Part shown: positions 12,312 through 24,560 of the stretch, one piece after another
Layout: each line of letters opens with the position of its first letter
How positions within the stretch are numbered: the first letter of the stretch is position 1
Assembly (NCBI GenBank): GCA_043228905.1
Contig: JBHGNT010000018.1
Location: forward strand, 15,686,001 to 15,750,000
Reading direction: 5' to 3'
Source of the DNA: Azolla caroliniana
Lineage: Eukaryota > Plantae > Polypodiophyta
Length of the DNA: 64,000 nt
Notes under the pieces: model-generated
The model's database searches: none
What the model was told of the DNA's origin: nothing
The model's input: the letters and a program-made list of their open reading frames with translations, nothing else
Made by a program: the position numbers and the translations under genes

Positions 12312-12744
12312 TGTTAAGAATTAGGTAATTAAGTGCACGTTAATTAGTACCTAATAATGTGATTAAGCTAAGCGAAAGATTAAGTAATATGTGTGTGTAT
12401 GTGTGTGAGAGGAAGAGAGAGAGGAAGTTAACACTTATGAACAATGACAAGATGGGGGATGAGTAATGCTATTAAAAAGCATCATCAAGTTACAAAAATA
12501 CCTACAATGAGGTATTTATAGATTTCATGTGCAAGGGTGCACATGTGTGAAAAGAATATAGGTACAAAGGTGTAAGTCCTATATTAAATGTACTTAGCAG
12601 TGGAGGATCTAGAATATACCACTTAAGTACAAGGTCCTATTTAAGGCGTCATAGTCAACACTTCTAACTAGATTATATCTAGGTAACTACTAAGTTACCT
12701 GGTTGACTAACTAACTAACTCTTGTTGAGCTTGATCTCTCAACA
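12312..12744 (-). repeat. LTR copy (433 bp), same family as solo LTR 18287-18709
   Basis: TGTTAA...CTCTCAACA, collinear with 18287-18709. Flanks (GATTT/ATTAT) do not match. Confidence 0.8.
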
Positions 12745-12749
12745 ATTAT

Positions 12750-14440
12750 GAATCCCCTTTTTCATAAGAAGAGAAGTTCTCGCAATTGACAAGCACCAAC
12801 ACATCAAATCAATATCGAGCTCCCTTCCTCTATTGTTAGGTAGGTCACAACTGGTATGAAAACATATCCTAAGAATATTTGCCAATTACTTTCCCACATC
12901 GTTGTTAAGCACTTGGATCACACCATGATCGGCTGTGAAGAAGGGCGCATCAACAAGGACATTGTACAGCTAAAAGACCCATGAAGAGGAAATAGTAAGA
13001 ACCAATCAAGGGAAACGGAAGTTAATAGAGGGCCAAGTGTGAAAGGGCCACACTCCAAATGTAAAACCTATATAAACCACACGGTGGTGTCTTTGTAAGG
13101 GTTCTTCCATTTGTAAAGATCTCAAGCATCCTCTCCTTTTCTTGTAACCTTTAAGCATAAGAGAGGTTAGTGATTGTGTTTAGTGGAGAAACACTAATCT
13201 CTCTTCCTTGTTGGTGCTAGACCTCTTAGCAAGAGGGTTAATAAAGATATTCTTTATTCCTATTGTCTATGAGAATGAGTGTGAGAGAGTTAGAGATATA
13301 TTGTTCTAAGTCATTGTTAATCGTTAAGTGAGTGTGAGGCTCGAAGGTGTTCGACAACCATCTTTGCTCGATTCGCCATCAAAAGAGTATACGTCGGTCC
13401 GAGCTCCTCAAATGATATTGAGAAGGAATTAACTTCGTCGATACATAGATATTGCACAATCATTATTTACATAGGGCATGGTGGTTCGGATATTACTTGT
13501 TCGCTCTATTTTTCTTTATGATGCTAAGCCTAAGGACCATTACATACTACATTTGGAATAATTTTGGTTTTAGCCCTAATTCCAAAATAGTTCTTGTCCT
13601 TCCTTTAGTGTCCAAGCAACCATTATGGGAATTACTAAGTAGTACCCATTATATACGACATGTGGAAGGCTCATTTCTCTCCTATTTTCCATCATGTTAG
13701 AGCCTCACCAGTTGAAATGGTACGTAACATTTGGCTACACAAGGATAGTATGATAGTCTTGTTGGAGATTAAGAACCAAAAGTTGCTTAGTGTCTCCAAT
13801 CTCTTAGTCAGTGGAAAGATATAATAAACATTTGGTTAAGTGCTTGTCCACTTAAATGTGCCACTTATATATTTATGAAGGCCAAAATCCAGATAAAAAG
13901 TTACATTTTTTCATGTCAAAATTACATCAAACCAAATTGAAACTATGAATTAAACTTCGAAAACAACAATATCATAAATAAAAATCAGATTTCTAAGTCT
14001 TTCTCTATTTCATGCCAAAATCATGTAAGGTCCTTTGCCTATTATTTGAAAAGAAACCCAAGTTTGTTCAATTTACAATTGTAATGTTTGGTAACTATAA
14101 GTACATTTTGAAATTTTTGTTACAATTATATATTGAAAAAAAATGCTTTACAATATGTAAAAACCTTCACACCTAGAGATATAATATGGAAGTGATTCAC
14201 CAATAGAATTGGTAAGTAATATTTGATTGGATATGGTTCATACTTTAAAGGGCCAATGGGATTGTATTATTGGAGACTCTAACAATAAAGTTGGTCCTTT
14301 CATCAGTTTCTTACTCTATGGAAAGCTACTCCACTTATGTCCTCGAAGAATGACACTCCTTTTTGGCACTTTCAACCACCAAGCTGGATGTTCCTTCAGC
14401 CAGTCCTTAAGAATCAAAACTATATAAATCAACAAGATTA
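12750..14440 (+). mobile_element. L1-type LINE 3' remnants (two partial copies)
   Basis: Segments match the reverse complement of 14450-15100 (LRIFANYFP; DMVHTLKGQW). Confidence 0.65.
12903..13458 (+). repeat. Solo LTR (556 bp) inserted in a LINE remnant
   Basis: TG...CA termini, TSD ATCGT/ATCAT, TATA box CCTATATAAA and AATAAA. LINE sequence rejoins across it. Confidence 0.75.
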
Positions 14441-15111
14441 ACCTTGAACTTAACAAGGAACTTCAGACCAATACCTTGTATGCATGTTTCTTTTAAAAAG
14501 ATATCCTTTCATTAGTGTAAACAATTTATAAGATTTTGGACTATATGTTATTGGCGGAGGAGACAACCATTTTGGTGGCCGAAAGTACCAAAAAGGAGTG
14601 TCATTCTTGGAGGTGATAAGTAGAGTAGTTTCCCACAAGGTAAGAAACTCATGATGTTGAGTAGCTTTATTGTCAAAATTTCCAACAATATAAACCCATT
14701 GACCTTTCAAAGTATGAACCATGTCCAACCAAATACTTTTAACTAAATCAGTTGGTGAGGCTTTAACATGATGAAAAATGAGAGAGCACCGAGCCCTCTA
14801 GATGCAATATGCAGTAGTACTACTCAATATCTCCCATAATGGTTGGATTTCCTTCCTTATCCCTAAAAACTGCAAAGACAATAATGGAAATGCATGGACA
14901 CTTCCAGATTTGGTCTAAACCCCATGGTTCATAGATTTGATGTCGTAATGGAAAGCAGAGCGGACAAGTGATCTCTAAACCACCATGCCCCATGTGAAAA
15001 GCGATGGGGGAAAGTAGTTAGCAAATATTCTAAGGGGGCGTTGCCATACCATTTTAGACTCAATGTAGTCCCATAAATCATGTTTTTGAGTTTCAGGTTG
15101 TAAATGACAAT

Positions 15112-15457
15112 GAGCACAACTAGAGGATTTGTCCATATTACACAACCATGTGCCAACAGGCAAGGCTAGATGTACAAGTAGCCATTGTACATGTAATATT
15201 TGTTGTGGTTGTTTTCTTGCCCATAGATTAACCCAGAACTTAGCAAGGAACTTCGGAGTAATACCTTGCTGACTCGAATATTGAGAGCACAACTAGAGGA
15301 TTTGTCCATATTACACAACCATGTGCCAACAGGCAAGGCTAGATGTACAAGTAGCCATTGTACATGTAATATTTGTTGTGGTTGTTTTCTTGCCCATAGA
15401 TTAACCCAGAACTTAGCAAGGAACTTCGGAGTAATACCTTGCTGACTCGAATATTGA
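15112..15457. repeat. Tandem duplication, 2 x 173 bp
   Basis: GAGCACAACTAGAGG...GACTCGAATATTGA occurs at 15112 and 15285, apparently identical. Confidence 0.9.
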
Positions 15458-15458
15458 A

Positions 15459-15907
15459 TGTTTATCTTGGGCCGGACTAGCCACAAATACAGGGTATCCT
15501 TCCGGATCACTTCACCAAAGGGGTGGTTACAGGTAGGATGTTAACTAGCATAGATATGATTCTAATCCGACTATTTCTGGATCGGTTCCGAAATGGCAAT
15601 ACACACCAATTGATTAACACACATAAGATAGTAAAGCATAGACAGTCGTAGACAAGATACACAATACTGAATTCCAGAAACAAACTTGCATTACTTCCGT
15701 GTTCATTACATTGCTTTCTGGATCCTTTTATAGGCATCCGGTTCTGATTACAAAACGTGCCATACCGACAACCGGCTATGAATCGGTCCGAATCCGGATC
15801 AGTGCAACTATTCTAGATCCATCTGTTCCTATTATAATTATTACTAAATAATACTAATATTTCTTTCCGACTTGTCCCCCACTTTGTCCTTCATACTCTT
15901 GCCAACA
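15459..15907. repeat. Solo LTR (449 bp)
   Basis: TGTT...AACA termini with 5-bp TSD TTGAA (15454-15458, 15908-15912). Confidence 0.85.
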
Positions 15908-18286
15908 TTGAAATGCAGTTGGAAACACATCCCATCTATCCAAAAGCATGTATTCCCAACTGTATAGAATATTGGAAAAAATTAAAGTTGTTACTCAGTA
16001 AATAAATGAGTCCCAATCTAATTTGAACAAAGGTTGTTTGGCCAACGTCCACAACTTCTAATTTATATCCTCTATCGGTGGATCAATATACCATTTACAA
16101 TCATCGTATCCAATTACCCTTATCTTGTGTTCAATAGCATAAGGATAATCGATTACCATTTCCTCTGAATGAGACAATATCCACCTTAAAAATTTGAAGG
16201 TCTTATCCTCTACATACCCCTTTACAGTCAAGACTACTTCCAATCTTGAAAAAACACTAACCCATCTATAAAATGTGGAAGCATACAACCATCTCGACGA
16301 ATTTGTTGGAAGGTTGTACATAAATTGGCCTTGAACAAGTCTCAATATTTAATGAAGAACATCGGTGTTAAACCATCCATGCCTGGGTAACTATTTTTGG
16401 GCAAAGCATGAAGTGCTTCACTCATTTCATCATAAGTAAAGACTTCCTTATGTTGAACATTCATGTTTGGTGTTATTCTTCATTCCAACTTAATCCATAC
16501 ACCAAAACCAACATGTTAAATCCTCGTTGGAAAAGGACTCTGCTGATAATAGGCTGGAATAGCACCATGCGGCTATCTGCTCATCACATGAGGGTCTAAT
16601 GAGGTGGTCTCATTCTCATGTTGTAACTGTTTGATCAAAACAACATTATGATGGGGTCTCATTGCATGAAAATGTGCATTTATCACCCATTTGGGTCCAC
16701 TTAGATCCCTATGATGATACTGAAATTTTGCACATTTTTCTAGCAACACGAGTTCATGTTTTGCTGACCCAAGTTGCGCAACAATTAATCTACAGTGTGA
16801 ATGGCGTTCCCGTAACCGATGTAAAGAAACTAGAGAAGTACGATACCGTTTCTCCTATTATTGAAGCATACAAAACCTTTCCTTAAATTTACATCCGAAA
16901 AATTATGAGATTTCTAGGAAGTCATTAGCTACCCTCATGCTCACTGATTCCCATAAAACATCTTTTTGAGATCATAATTCAGCCACTTGCAATGAAAAGC
17001 TATTGTCTATCAAAAAAAATTCCGGAATCTCAAAATTTTCGATTCGATACGGAAAGAACGACTGGAGCATGATCTGAAAAGCTAGTTCTTGGCAATATAT
17101 GTATTGTGGTAGTAAATGAAAGGAATTTGTTGGATACGTAGAATCTATCTAAGCGAGATAAATTGATACCATTTAAATGCCTATCTGGTCGTGAAGATTT
17201 TGTATGAACCAACAAAGGAGCATGCCAAACATCTAACACTTGCAAGGAAAACATTAATTGTTCCCAAATTGCCAATTCATGTCCATGTATTGTAGTTGAG
17301 CTACCTCCCATTCTATCAATGGGTTCCTCAAGCATGTTGAAATCACTAGCAATACACCAATGGTCAAGAGGAGGCAAAGTATTTTGTAAAATCTTGCCAA
17401 AATTGTTTTTGAGCAGAGGCAATGTTAGGAGCATATACATTCAAGAGTCCCCATATGTTTTGTCCTACTTGATTATAACAAACGGAACTACCAAGGAAAA
17501 CCACTTGCTTTTGGATAATGAATGGAACCCACCTTTGGGCGACAGCCATACAGACACCACCACGAACTTCCATGTCGCGTATTGCGGTGGGACCAAAACA
17601 TGTCCCAATTCCCAGAAAGAAGAGAGCCATAACAAGAAATTCTAAAAGCATTTAAGTGATGTTCTTGTACTAAAAAGAAAGTCTAGAGAACCACCCACTA
17701 AACACATACGTACGTACATACCATACTTATACATATACATTACATACCATACATCCAAGCATGCATACACATACACACCCGACGTGTCTATTATGACACA
17801 AATCATAAAGAGGGTTGGTGAGGGAATCGCGGCCATAGACAGAGAAGGTTGCTCAGAGAAGGTGTGTGCGATCTGCACCGTCGAATTTCGATAAGGAAGA
17901 AGGTGCGAAAAATAAAGTTGTGCAGAGGTCACCCAACCCTATTCAGAGGTTGCCCAACCGAAATATATTTTTAAAAGGGTCGCCCAACCAACTCAATAAA
18001 AGATGCAGGTCGCCCAACCGTTTATTTTTAAAGCGGTTGGGTGACCAGTTTAAGCAGGTTGCCCAACTACTTTAGGGTTTATATTGAGTTGGTCACCCAA
18101 CCAACTCAATAAAAGATGCAGGTTGCCCAACTGATGACTATAAAAGCCTGAAACCTGTCATTATCTCTCATTTTTTCAAACGAGATTGATAGGTTTCTTT
18201 TGCCGGGAAAGAGTTGGGCGTAAGGCGGCCTACAATCGACATACACAACAATCAATCTCCTCCATCACTATTCCTAGGTATGTATT

Positions 18287-18709
18287 TGTTAAGGATTAGG
18301 TAATTAATTAAGGAATAATTATTACCTAATTATGTGATTAAGTTAATAAGAGAAAGATTATGTGATATGTGTGTGAGAGGAAGAGAGAGAGACTTATGAA
18401 TAACACAAGATGGGGGATGAGTAAACTAGAGTGTATATTATAAAACATCATCAAATACAAAAATACCTTCAATGAGGTATATATAGGTTTCATGTGCAAG
18501 GGTGCACATGTGCTAGGAGAATATAGGTACAACGTGTAAGTCCTATATTAAATGAGCATGGAGTGGTGGATCTACAATGTATCCCACTCAAGTACAAAAT
18601 CCTATTTAAGGCTTTATGGTCAACACACTAACTAGATTCTATCTAGGTAACTACTAAGTTACATGTGTTGACTAACTAACTAAACTAAGTTGAGCTTGAT
18701 CTCTCAACA
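18287..18709 (-). repeat. Solo LTR (423 bp) inside the MULE
   Basis: TGTTAA...TCAACA with perfect TSD GTATT on both sides. Confidence 0.9.
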
Positions 18710-19440
18710 GTATTAAACCCTATCACATCACTTTTTCTATTTTTTTTACATGTGGTAGGAATAGTTGAGGGATTAGGGTTTAGAGTAGTTGAGGAATTTT
18801 GTTTCTTGTTGAGGGATTACAATGATAAGTAGGTTGAGTTGGTCACCCAACCAACTCAATAAAAGATGCAACTCAATAAAAGTTTATTCAATCATCTGTC
18901 TTTTTCATGTTTGTTTTTACAATAATCTCTCTCTTCTTAGTGGAAATGTCTCTCTTTTTTTCATGTACTTCTGCAGCAAATTTTGTATTCATAAATCTCT
19001 AATGTATTTCTTTATAAATCTCTAATTTGTTTTTATTTATCTATTACTTTGTACACAATCTCAAGCATTCTGTATAAGAATATTGAGAGGATTCCAGGAA
19101 AAACAAGGATATTAACAATCTCTCCGTTCTTCACATTATTTTTGTAATAATATTTCTCGTCTTTCCATAATAATCTTTCTTTTCCATGTATGCATTTTAT
19201 GCACAATTCAATGGTTTTTCATCACGTCGGGGTACAATATCCATCATCCCTAATGTGGGTTATGATGATGATTTTTGCTTGTTTTTTGGGATTCAGTTTA
19301 CATTGCTAGAAACTTAGGTTATAGCTGAAATTATAGAAAAATACTAGCCATTTTGGGGGGGATTTTGGGTTTCATTCAACATTGTTACAGCTTAGACAAA
19401 TGTTGAAATTCAAATTAATGTAAAATTATTCATCTTTAGG

Positions 19441-20546
19441 GACTAGGTGGGGATATCCACCCAACCGCAGGGTGTGTCCACAAATGTGGATGAGGCTCTA
19501 AACCCATTTGAGGGTGGTGTGTCCTCTCCACCGAGACAGAGACGACAGAAGATGCTAGTCAGACGGAAGGAGGTCGAGTCAAACACTGATGTTTATTCCC
19601 TAACATCATATTCAGATGACGTTGCACCAAATGTGGCCATAGTTCAAATTCAACATGGCAAGGGCATAAGGTTATGGATCCAAACACCAAATAAAGACTT
19701 TTCCAGGTAGGGTTTATGTGAAATATAAAGTAGTATCCTACTAATTGACATGTGGTGTGATGTACCTACTCAAACTACATATTTCTATGCATTCAGGTAC
19801 TAGCTAACCTGCCAACGTCTCGATTTGGCCCTTGACGTTATCGAGTCAAATCTTGAGACCATGTGCAAGTGTCATGAAATGGCATCGACGTGAACTATGA
19901 CCTTATTCACGTTGTGGATGGAGTACTCATTGCCACTCAAGGTGACAGAACGCTTCACCGTCGTCGACCCACTGTGGGTGCCGCTACACCAGCAGACGAT
20001 GAAGGGGCAAGTCATCCTTAGGAAGGTGGCTGAATGTGATTTTATGTTCATTCAGATCATGCTTGACAGGCATTGGGTGTTGTGGACAAAGATGCGACAT
20101 AAAGTTTCTAAGCTAACTAGCAAAGTAGTCTTCTACTATCCATTGAACAATGCAGCGACTGACAACATGCGAAGAATGGCAGAGTTGGTGATTCGGAAAA
20201 TTTCATCTGAACCATCAGACCACACCATTGTGCCCAAGGGTCGACATCACGTATTGCACATCCCAACTCAGCCAAATTGTTGGGATTGTGGCTTTTACGT
20301 GATGAAGATTATCCAAATGCTGGTGGGGGAGTTCTTACAAGGATGGATATCTCCGACTTTTGTAAGTGTAATTGCAATGCCTTATTCATGTGGATTGTGT
20401 ATAGATGTGTTCTTATACATATTTGGTGACAGGGCATAGAGATGTGGTTCACCAAACGTGAAGTGGATTCATTTCGGATTCATGTGGACGAGTGGGCACA
20501 AAGGGTACTAGGATTTGCTCCTGTGACCGGTGGCTCCATATTGTAA
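19441..20546 (+). pseudogene. Ulp1/peptidase C48-like (SUMO protease) gene carried by the MULE, probably spliced and degenerate
   Basis: ORF 19897-20439 has RHWVLW, VFYYPL (catalytic D lost) and QPNCWDCGFYVMK. Candidate introns 19708-19796 and 20362-20431. Confidence 0.72.
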
Positions 20547-20689
20547 ATTTTGTGAATGTTGTTTTCAACACAGATTTTGCTTTAGAGCTAATGTTGTAAC
20601 TATATTTTGGAATCCACACAAATTTTGTATAGCGAGAATCGACTCATTGTATATTGCGATTACTTATTAATGGAAATGTTGTTTACAAC

Positions 20690-20900
20690 AAGTGTTTATC
20701 TCAAGTTGATTTGTTGTTTTAAACCAATCACAAGTTGTGATCTAAAGTTGATTTGCTGTTTTAAACCAATCTAAGTTGTGATCTAAAGTTGATTTGTTGT
20801 TTTAAAAGTTTCTCAAGTTGTGATCTCCAATAGATTTGATGTTTTAACCAATCTCAAGTTGTTTATCTCAAGTTGGTTTGTTGTTTTAAACCAATCTCAA
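20690..20900. repeat. ~41-bp tandem repeats (AAGTTGTGATCTAAAGTTGATTTGTTGTTTTAAACCAAT)
   Basis: About five degenerate units visible. Confidence 0.75.
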
Positions 20901-21294
20901 ATGTAAACCAATTGATTCGCGAAAAATCTAATCTCTTCGAAAGAGCTGATTTGAAAAAGTTGTTTTAAACCAATCTATCTCCCAACCCTTGTAAAAAACA
21001 TCAATGGTAATAAACCAAGTTGCCCAAACCTCTTAAAATTAATTCTCTTTTGATATGGTCACCCAACCAAGTTGCCCAAACCTCTTAAAATTAATTCTCT
21101 TTTAATATGGTCACCCAACCAGGTTGCCCAAACCTCATAATCTAGGTCATATTAACATGTAAATTACCTAAACGGCCAAAAAAATGGTCATATTAACATG
21201 TAAATTAATCACATTTTAAGTCACATTAAACCCTTCACCGTCATTTTAATCAGAGTTGATTCCATCTCCAGTTAATTACCTTTTAACATCAAAT

Positions 21295-21520
21295 TCAATT
21301 AATCACATTCTCTATCTTAATCTGAAGCAATTAATCACATTCTCTGTCTTAATCACGTTCTTATAATCACATTCTCTATCTTAATCAGGTTCAATTAATC
21401 AGATTCTCTATCTTAATTAAGTTCAATTAATTACATTCTCTAGCTTAATCAGATTCTTATAATCACCATCTCTATCTTAATCATAATCTCTGTCTTAATC
21501 ACATTCTCTAGCTTAAATTA
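21295..21520. repeat. Degenerate tandem array of AATCACATTCTCTATCTT upstream of the transposase
   Basis: Repeated motif visible about 8 times. Confidence 0.7.
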
Positions 21521-21558
21521 CCTCTGATTAATCACTACAAGAAAACCAAGTTGTCGAG

Positions 21559-24500
21559 ATGAATCCAAATGAAATAGATTTCATCACGTCCTTGTATGAT
21601 TCTGAGGATGGTTATGCATCACCCTACTCCGCAACCATCGATGAAGACTTGGATTCATCTACATCCGAAGACTATGAGTCGGCTTCATTCGAAGAAGAGG
21701 CAAAGGAGGTTGATCCCTTCATGTATTGTTCGGCGGGGTATTTTGCGTTCACTAGAGGTATGTACGATTTAATGCTTAAAGATTTATTAGGTCAAGTTAA
21801 GGTAACATTTGAAATATTAAGCACACTCGCGGGGTATTTTGCGTTCACTAGAGGTACGTACGATTTAATGCTTAAAGATTTATTGGGTCAAGTTAAGGTA
21901 ACATTTGAAATATTAAGCACACTCGCAAGGGGTGCACCTCTTAATTTACATGAATGGAGGCACATGAAGAGTCGTCTCACGCTTAGAAATGAGAATGCAA
22001 TACACCTTAAGGCATCGCCTCATCTTCAGATTGCGCACGTAGAGAAATGGAGGGAGATAGTATTGGCGTCGCATTGTGGCGCATTGCACCGTTCTTTGAC
22101 AGGTACTCTGACAGAGTTAAAGAGACTTTGGTCCAATGACCTTCGTGACCATGGGATCCCTAGTGCGTATGTGAAAGCAGTGATTGAATGTGGTTGTCAA
22201 GTTGTGTCGAGGTTAACTCCATCTGACATGGAGGGGACAAGTGTCGTGAAATATAAAAAGTCTAGACCCATAGAAGTGATCAAGATAGAGGCACATAGGG
22301 TTGATGATACGCTCATAGATGTTCAATTGAGGTATCACACACACTTCCGTACAGGGGTCACAAGGGGTGCACATGTGACTAGGTATAATTGTCACCGATG
22401 CGGTGGGGCCAACAAGCAATATCCATTCACTCAACGTAGAAAGCATTCATCTCGATGTGGGTGTACTTTTCATATCAATGCTTGAATGAATGGAGGGGTT
22501 GACCATGGGACAATGACCCTTTCAATATATGGACCTCATACGGGTCATGTATCGGGAAGTAGACTAGATGCGTACTATTTGCCAGTGGCCCCAAATGTTA
22601 TAAGTTGTTGTAGAGATGACCTTTTTGATGTTGGTTGCGCATGACATGTGGCACGGATGAGCATGCATAAGGAAGCATATCATAAGTCCAAGGCTAGTCC
22701 ATTAGACCTTGTGAGTTATAGGTTCTTTATGATACCAAAGGAGGTCAATAACATGGCCAACAAGTTAAAATTTGGGAGTGCCATGTCAGGGGTTGATTGG
22801 TCTTTGATGATGCAAGATGCTTATGCCCTCCGAGATTTTGGGAAGGTGGCTCATGTCCAACCCTACTTACTTGGTGAATATGGATCTCCCACAAGGCAAC
22901 CGTTCATCTTGGTGCTCCAAGATGAATGGATGTTAGAGATGTGTGAGCGATTGTCAATAAACAACTCTTGGGCAATCGACTCCACGTTTAAAATAAACCA
23001 ATTTGGCTTGCCATTATATGCAGTTGTGGCCCCAAATGCCATGGGAGTTGGTATCCCATTATGGTACATGATATGTAGTTCTGATAAGGGGTCTAACCAT
23101 GAGCAAGTAACTTTAGAAACTTGCTTGAGAGTCCTATTCGCACAGATGCCCAATGTGAGGCCAAATGCCATAGTCATCGATAAAAGTTGGACATCATATA
23201 ATGCCATAAGTAATATGGTTGCAACAGACCAATTATCTTGGATAGTTACAAATGGGCAAAGGTCGTAAACACATTGTCGACTTTTGTTGTGTCACTTCCA
23301 CACAAACAAAGCATGGTTGGACAACTTGTTGCTAAAGGTAAGTGCAACTGAGAGAAACCATCTTTATAATCAGATGCGCCAACTCATGCAATGCATTACG
23401 GAATCCACATTCAATGCCCAATGTGAGGAGTTAAAGGTAGAATATGCAAACAAGCTAGGTGTTTGGCAATATATAGAAGGAGGATGGTGTGGCTTGACAT
23501 GTGTGTGGAGGAAACTATGGCCCAAATTTGGTAGAATGTTCAACTACGGACATGTTGACACTACCAATCTTGTGGAGAGACATTGGCAGTTTATCAAATA
23601 TACTGCCTTAAGAGGGAGGATAAACCGATCAATTACCGATCTTGTGCATGTTTTAATCGGGGACAATCAAACTGGCACTTGCATCGGGAGTACTATTATT
23701 GAATGGTACAAGCAACAACAAGAAATATGTGAGAGTGGTAGATTTGCACCACGTGCAAATTGTAGGGATCAAACAACAAGACTTAAAGAGGCCGAAAGGC
23801 TACTAGAGAGGTATGAAACTAATGATGCGACAATGCATATTGTGGACAAGCCCTGATATTGGTTTAAAATATTGAGCTTGACAAAACCAAATGTATGGTA
23901 TAATGTATCACTCCAATGTTCATATTGTGATTGCCAAGACCCTATGAGTAAATGTAAGCATATACTCGGCGTCAGGATGATTATTGAGAGGCACGTGCCA
24001 CATCTATGTGGGTCATTGCCTTTTATAGATCATGCAACCCATATGCGCAATGACCATTTCACAAAGACGGAAGTGGAGGCAAGGGTAGAACCAGTCGAGG
24101 AGACAAACCCTACAACATCACAAATGGAGGAATGGGAGTTGAAAATACAAACGGTTGAGGGGGCTATTCACTGTCTTAGGCAAGGGTTACGATCCCTCGA
24201 CCGTGCAACAATTTTGGCATGTATGGAGTCCATTGAAGAAATAGGTCAGACGTTGGTGTATCACCTAGGTGCACCAAAACCAACCAATGCAGAAGACCGT
24301 GGATCCATAGGGCGTAAGCAAGCAATTGGTGCAAAAAGGGGAGCATCAATCAACATTTCACAAGATCTTATTGGCAGCTCCCCAAACACTTCCAAGGCAC
24401 ACACAGCAAAAATGCAAAGAGGCGCAAGTCAAGCTAGGAGGCGGTTGCCAATATGTGCGATAGAGAAGATGCAATGCCTTGACCTTTAGATCAAGGGACT

Positions 24501-24560
24501 CAAATGTTGATTGTTGCAAGAATTGTGGTCGCATCTTGCCATCATCTCCGGATGAGCCAT
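21559..24560 (+). pseudogene. MULE transposase (MuDR-type DDE + SWIM), interrupted by in-frame stops
   Basis: WAIDSTFKINQFGLPLY, IVIDKS, LCHFH, TTNLVERHW, SWIM CDCQD..CKH. Stops at ~22485, 22642, 23268 and 23856. Confidence 0.88.

Larger units (their letters stand above)
14450..17651 (-). mobile_element. Internally deleted L1-type LINE: APE endonuclease and zf-RVT region; RT core not seen
   Basis: LLNVYAPN, WCIASDFN, SRLDRFYVS and FSDHAPV (endonuclease); WLLVHLALPVG..CAHC..ETQKH (zf-RVT). Confidence 0.8.

Noticed and set aside
12901-13358. Apparent element with non-canonical GTTGT...ACAAC inverted ends and 4-bp TSD CATC
   Set aside because: The LINE sequence resumes only at ~13459. Canonical TG...CA boundaries 12903-13458 with TSD ATC(G/A)T explain it better.
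20690-20900. Regular ~41-bp repeats superficially like a CRISPR array
   Set aside because: Units are contiguous without unique spacers; eukaryotic context and no cas genes.
21533-21545. CACTACAAGAAAA, a CACTA-like start inside the MULE
   Set aside because: No matching inverted end or 3-bp TSD, and the downstream ORF is MULE-type.
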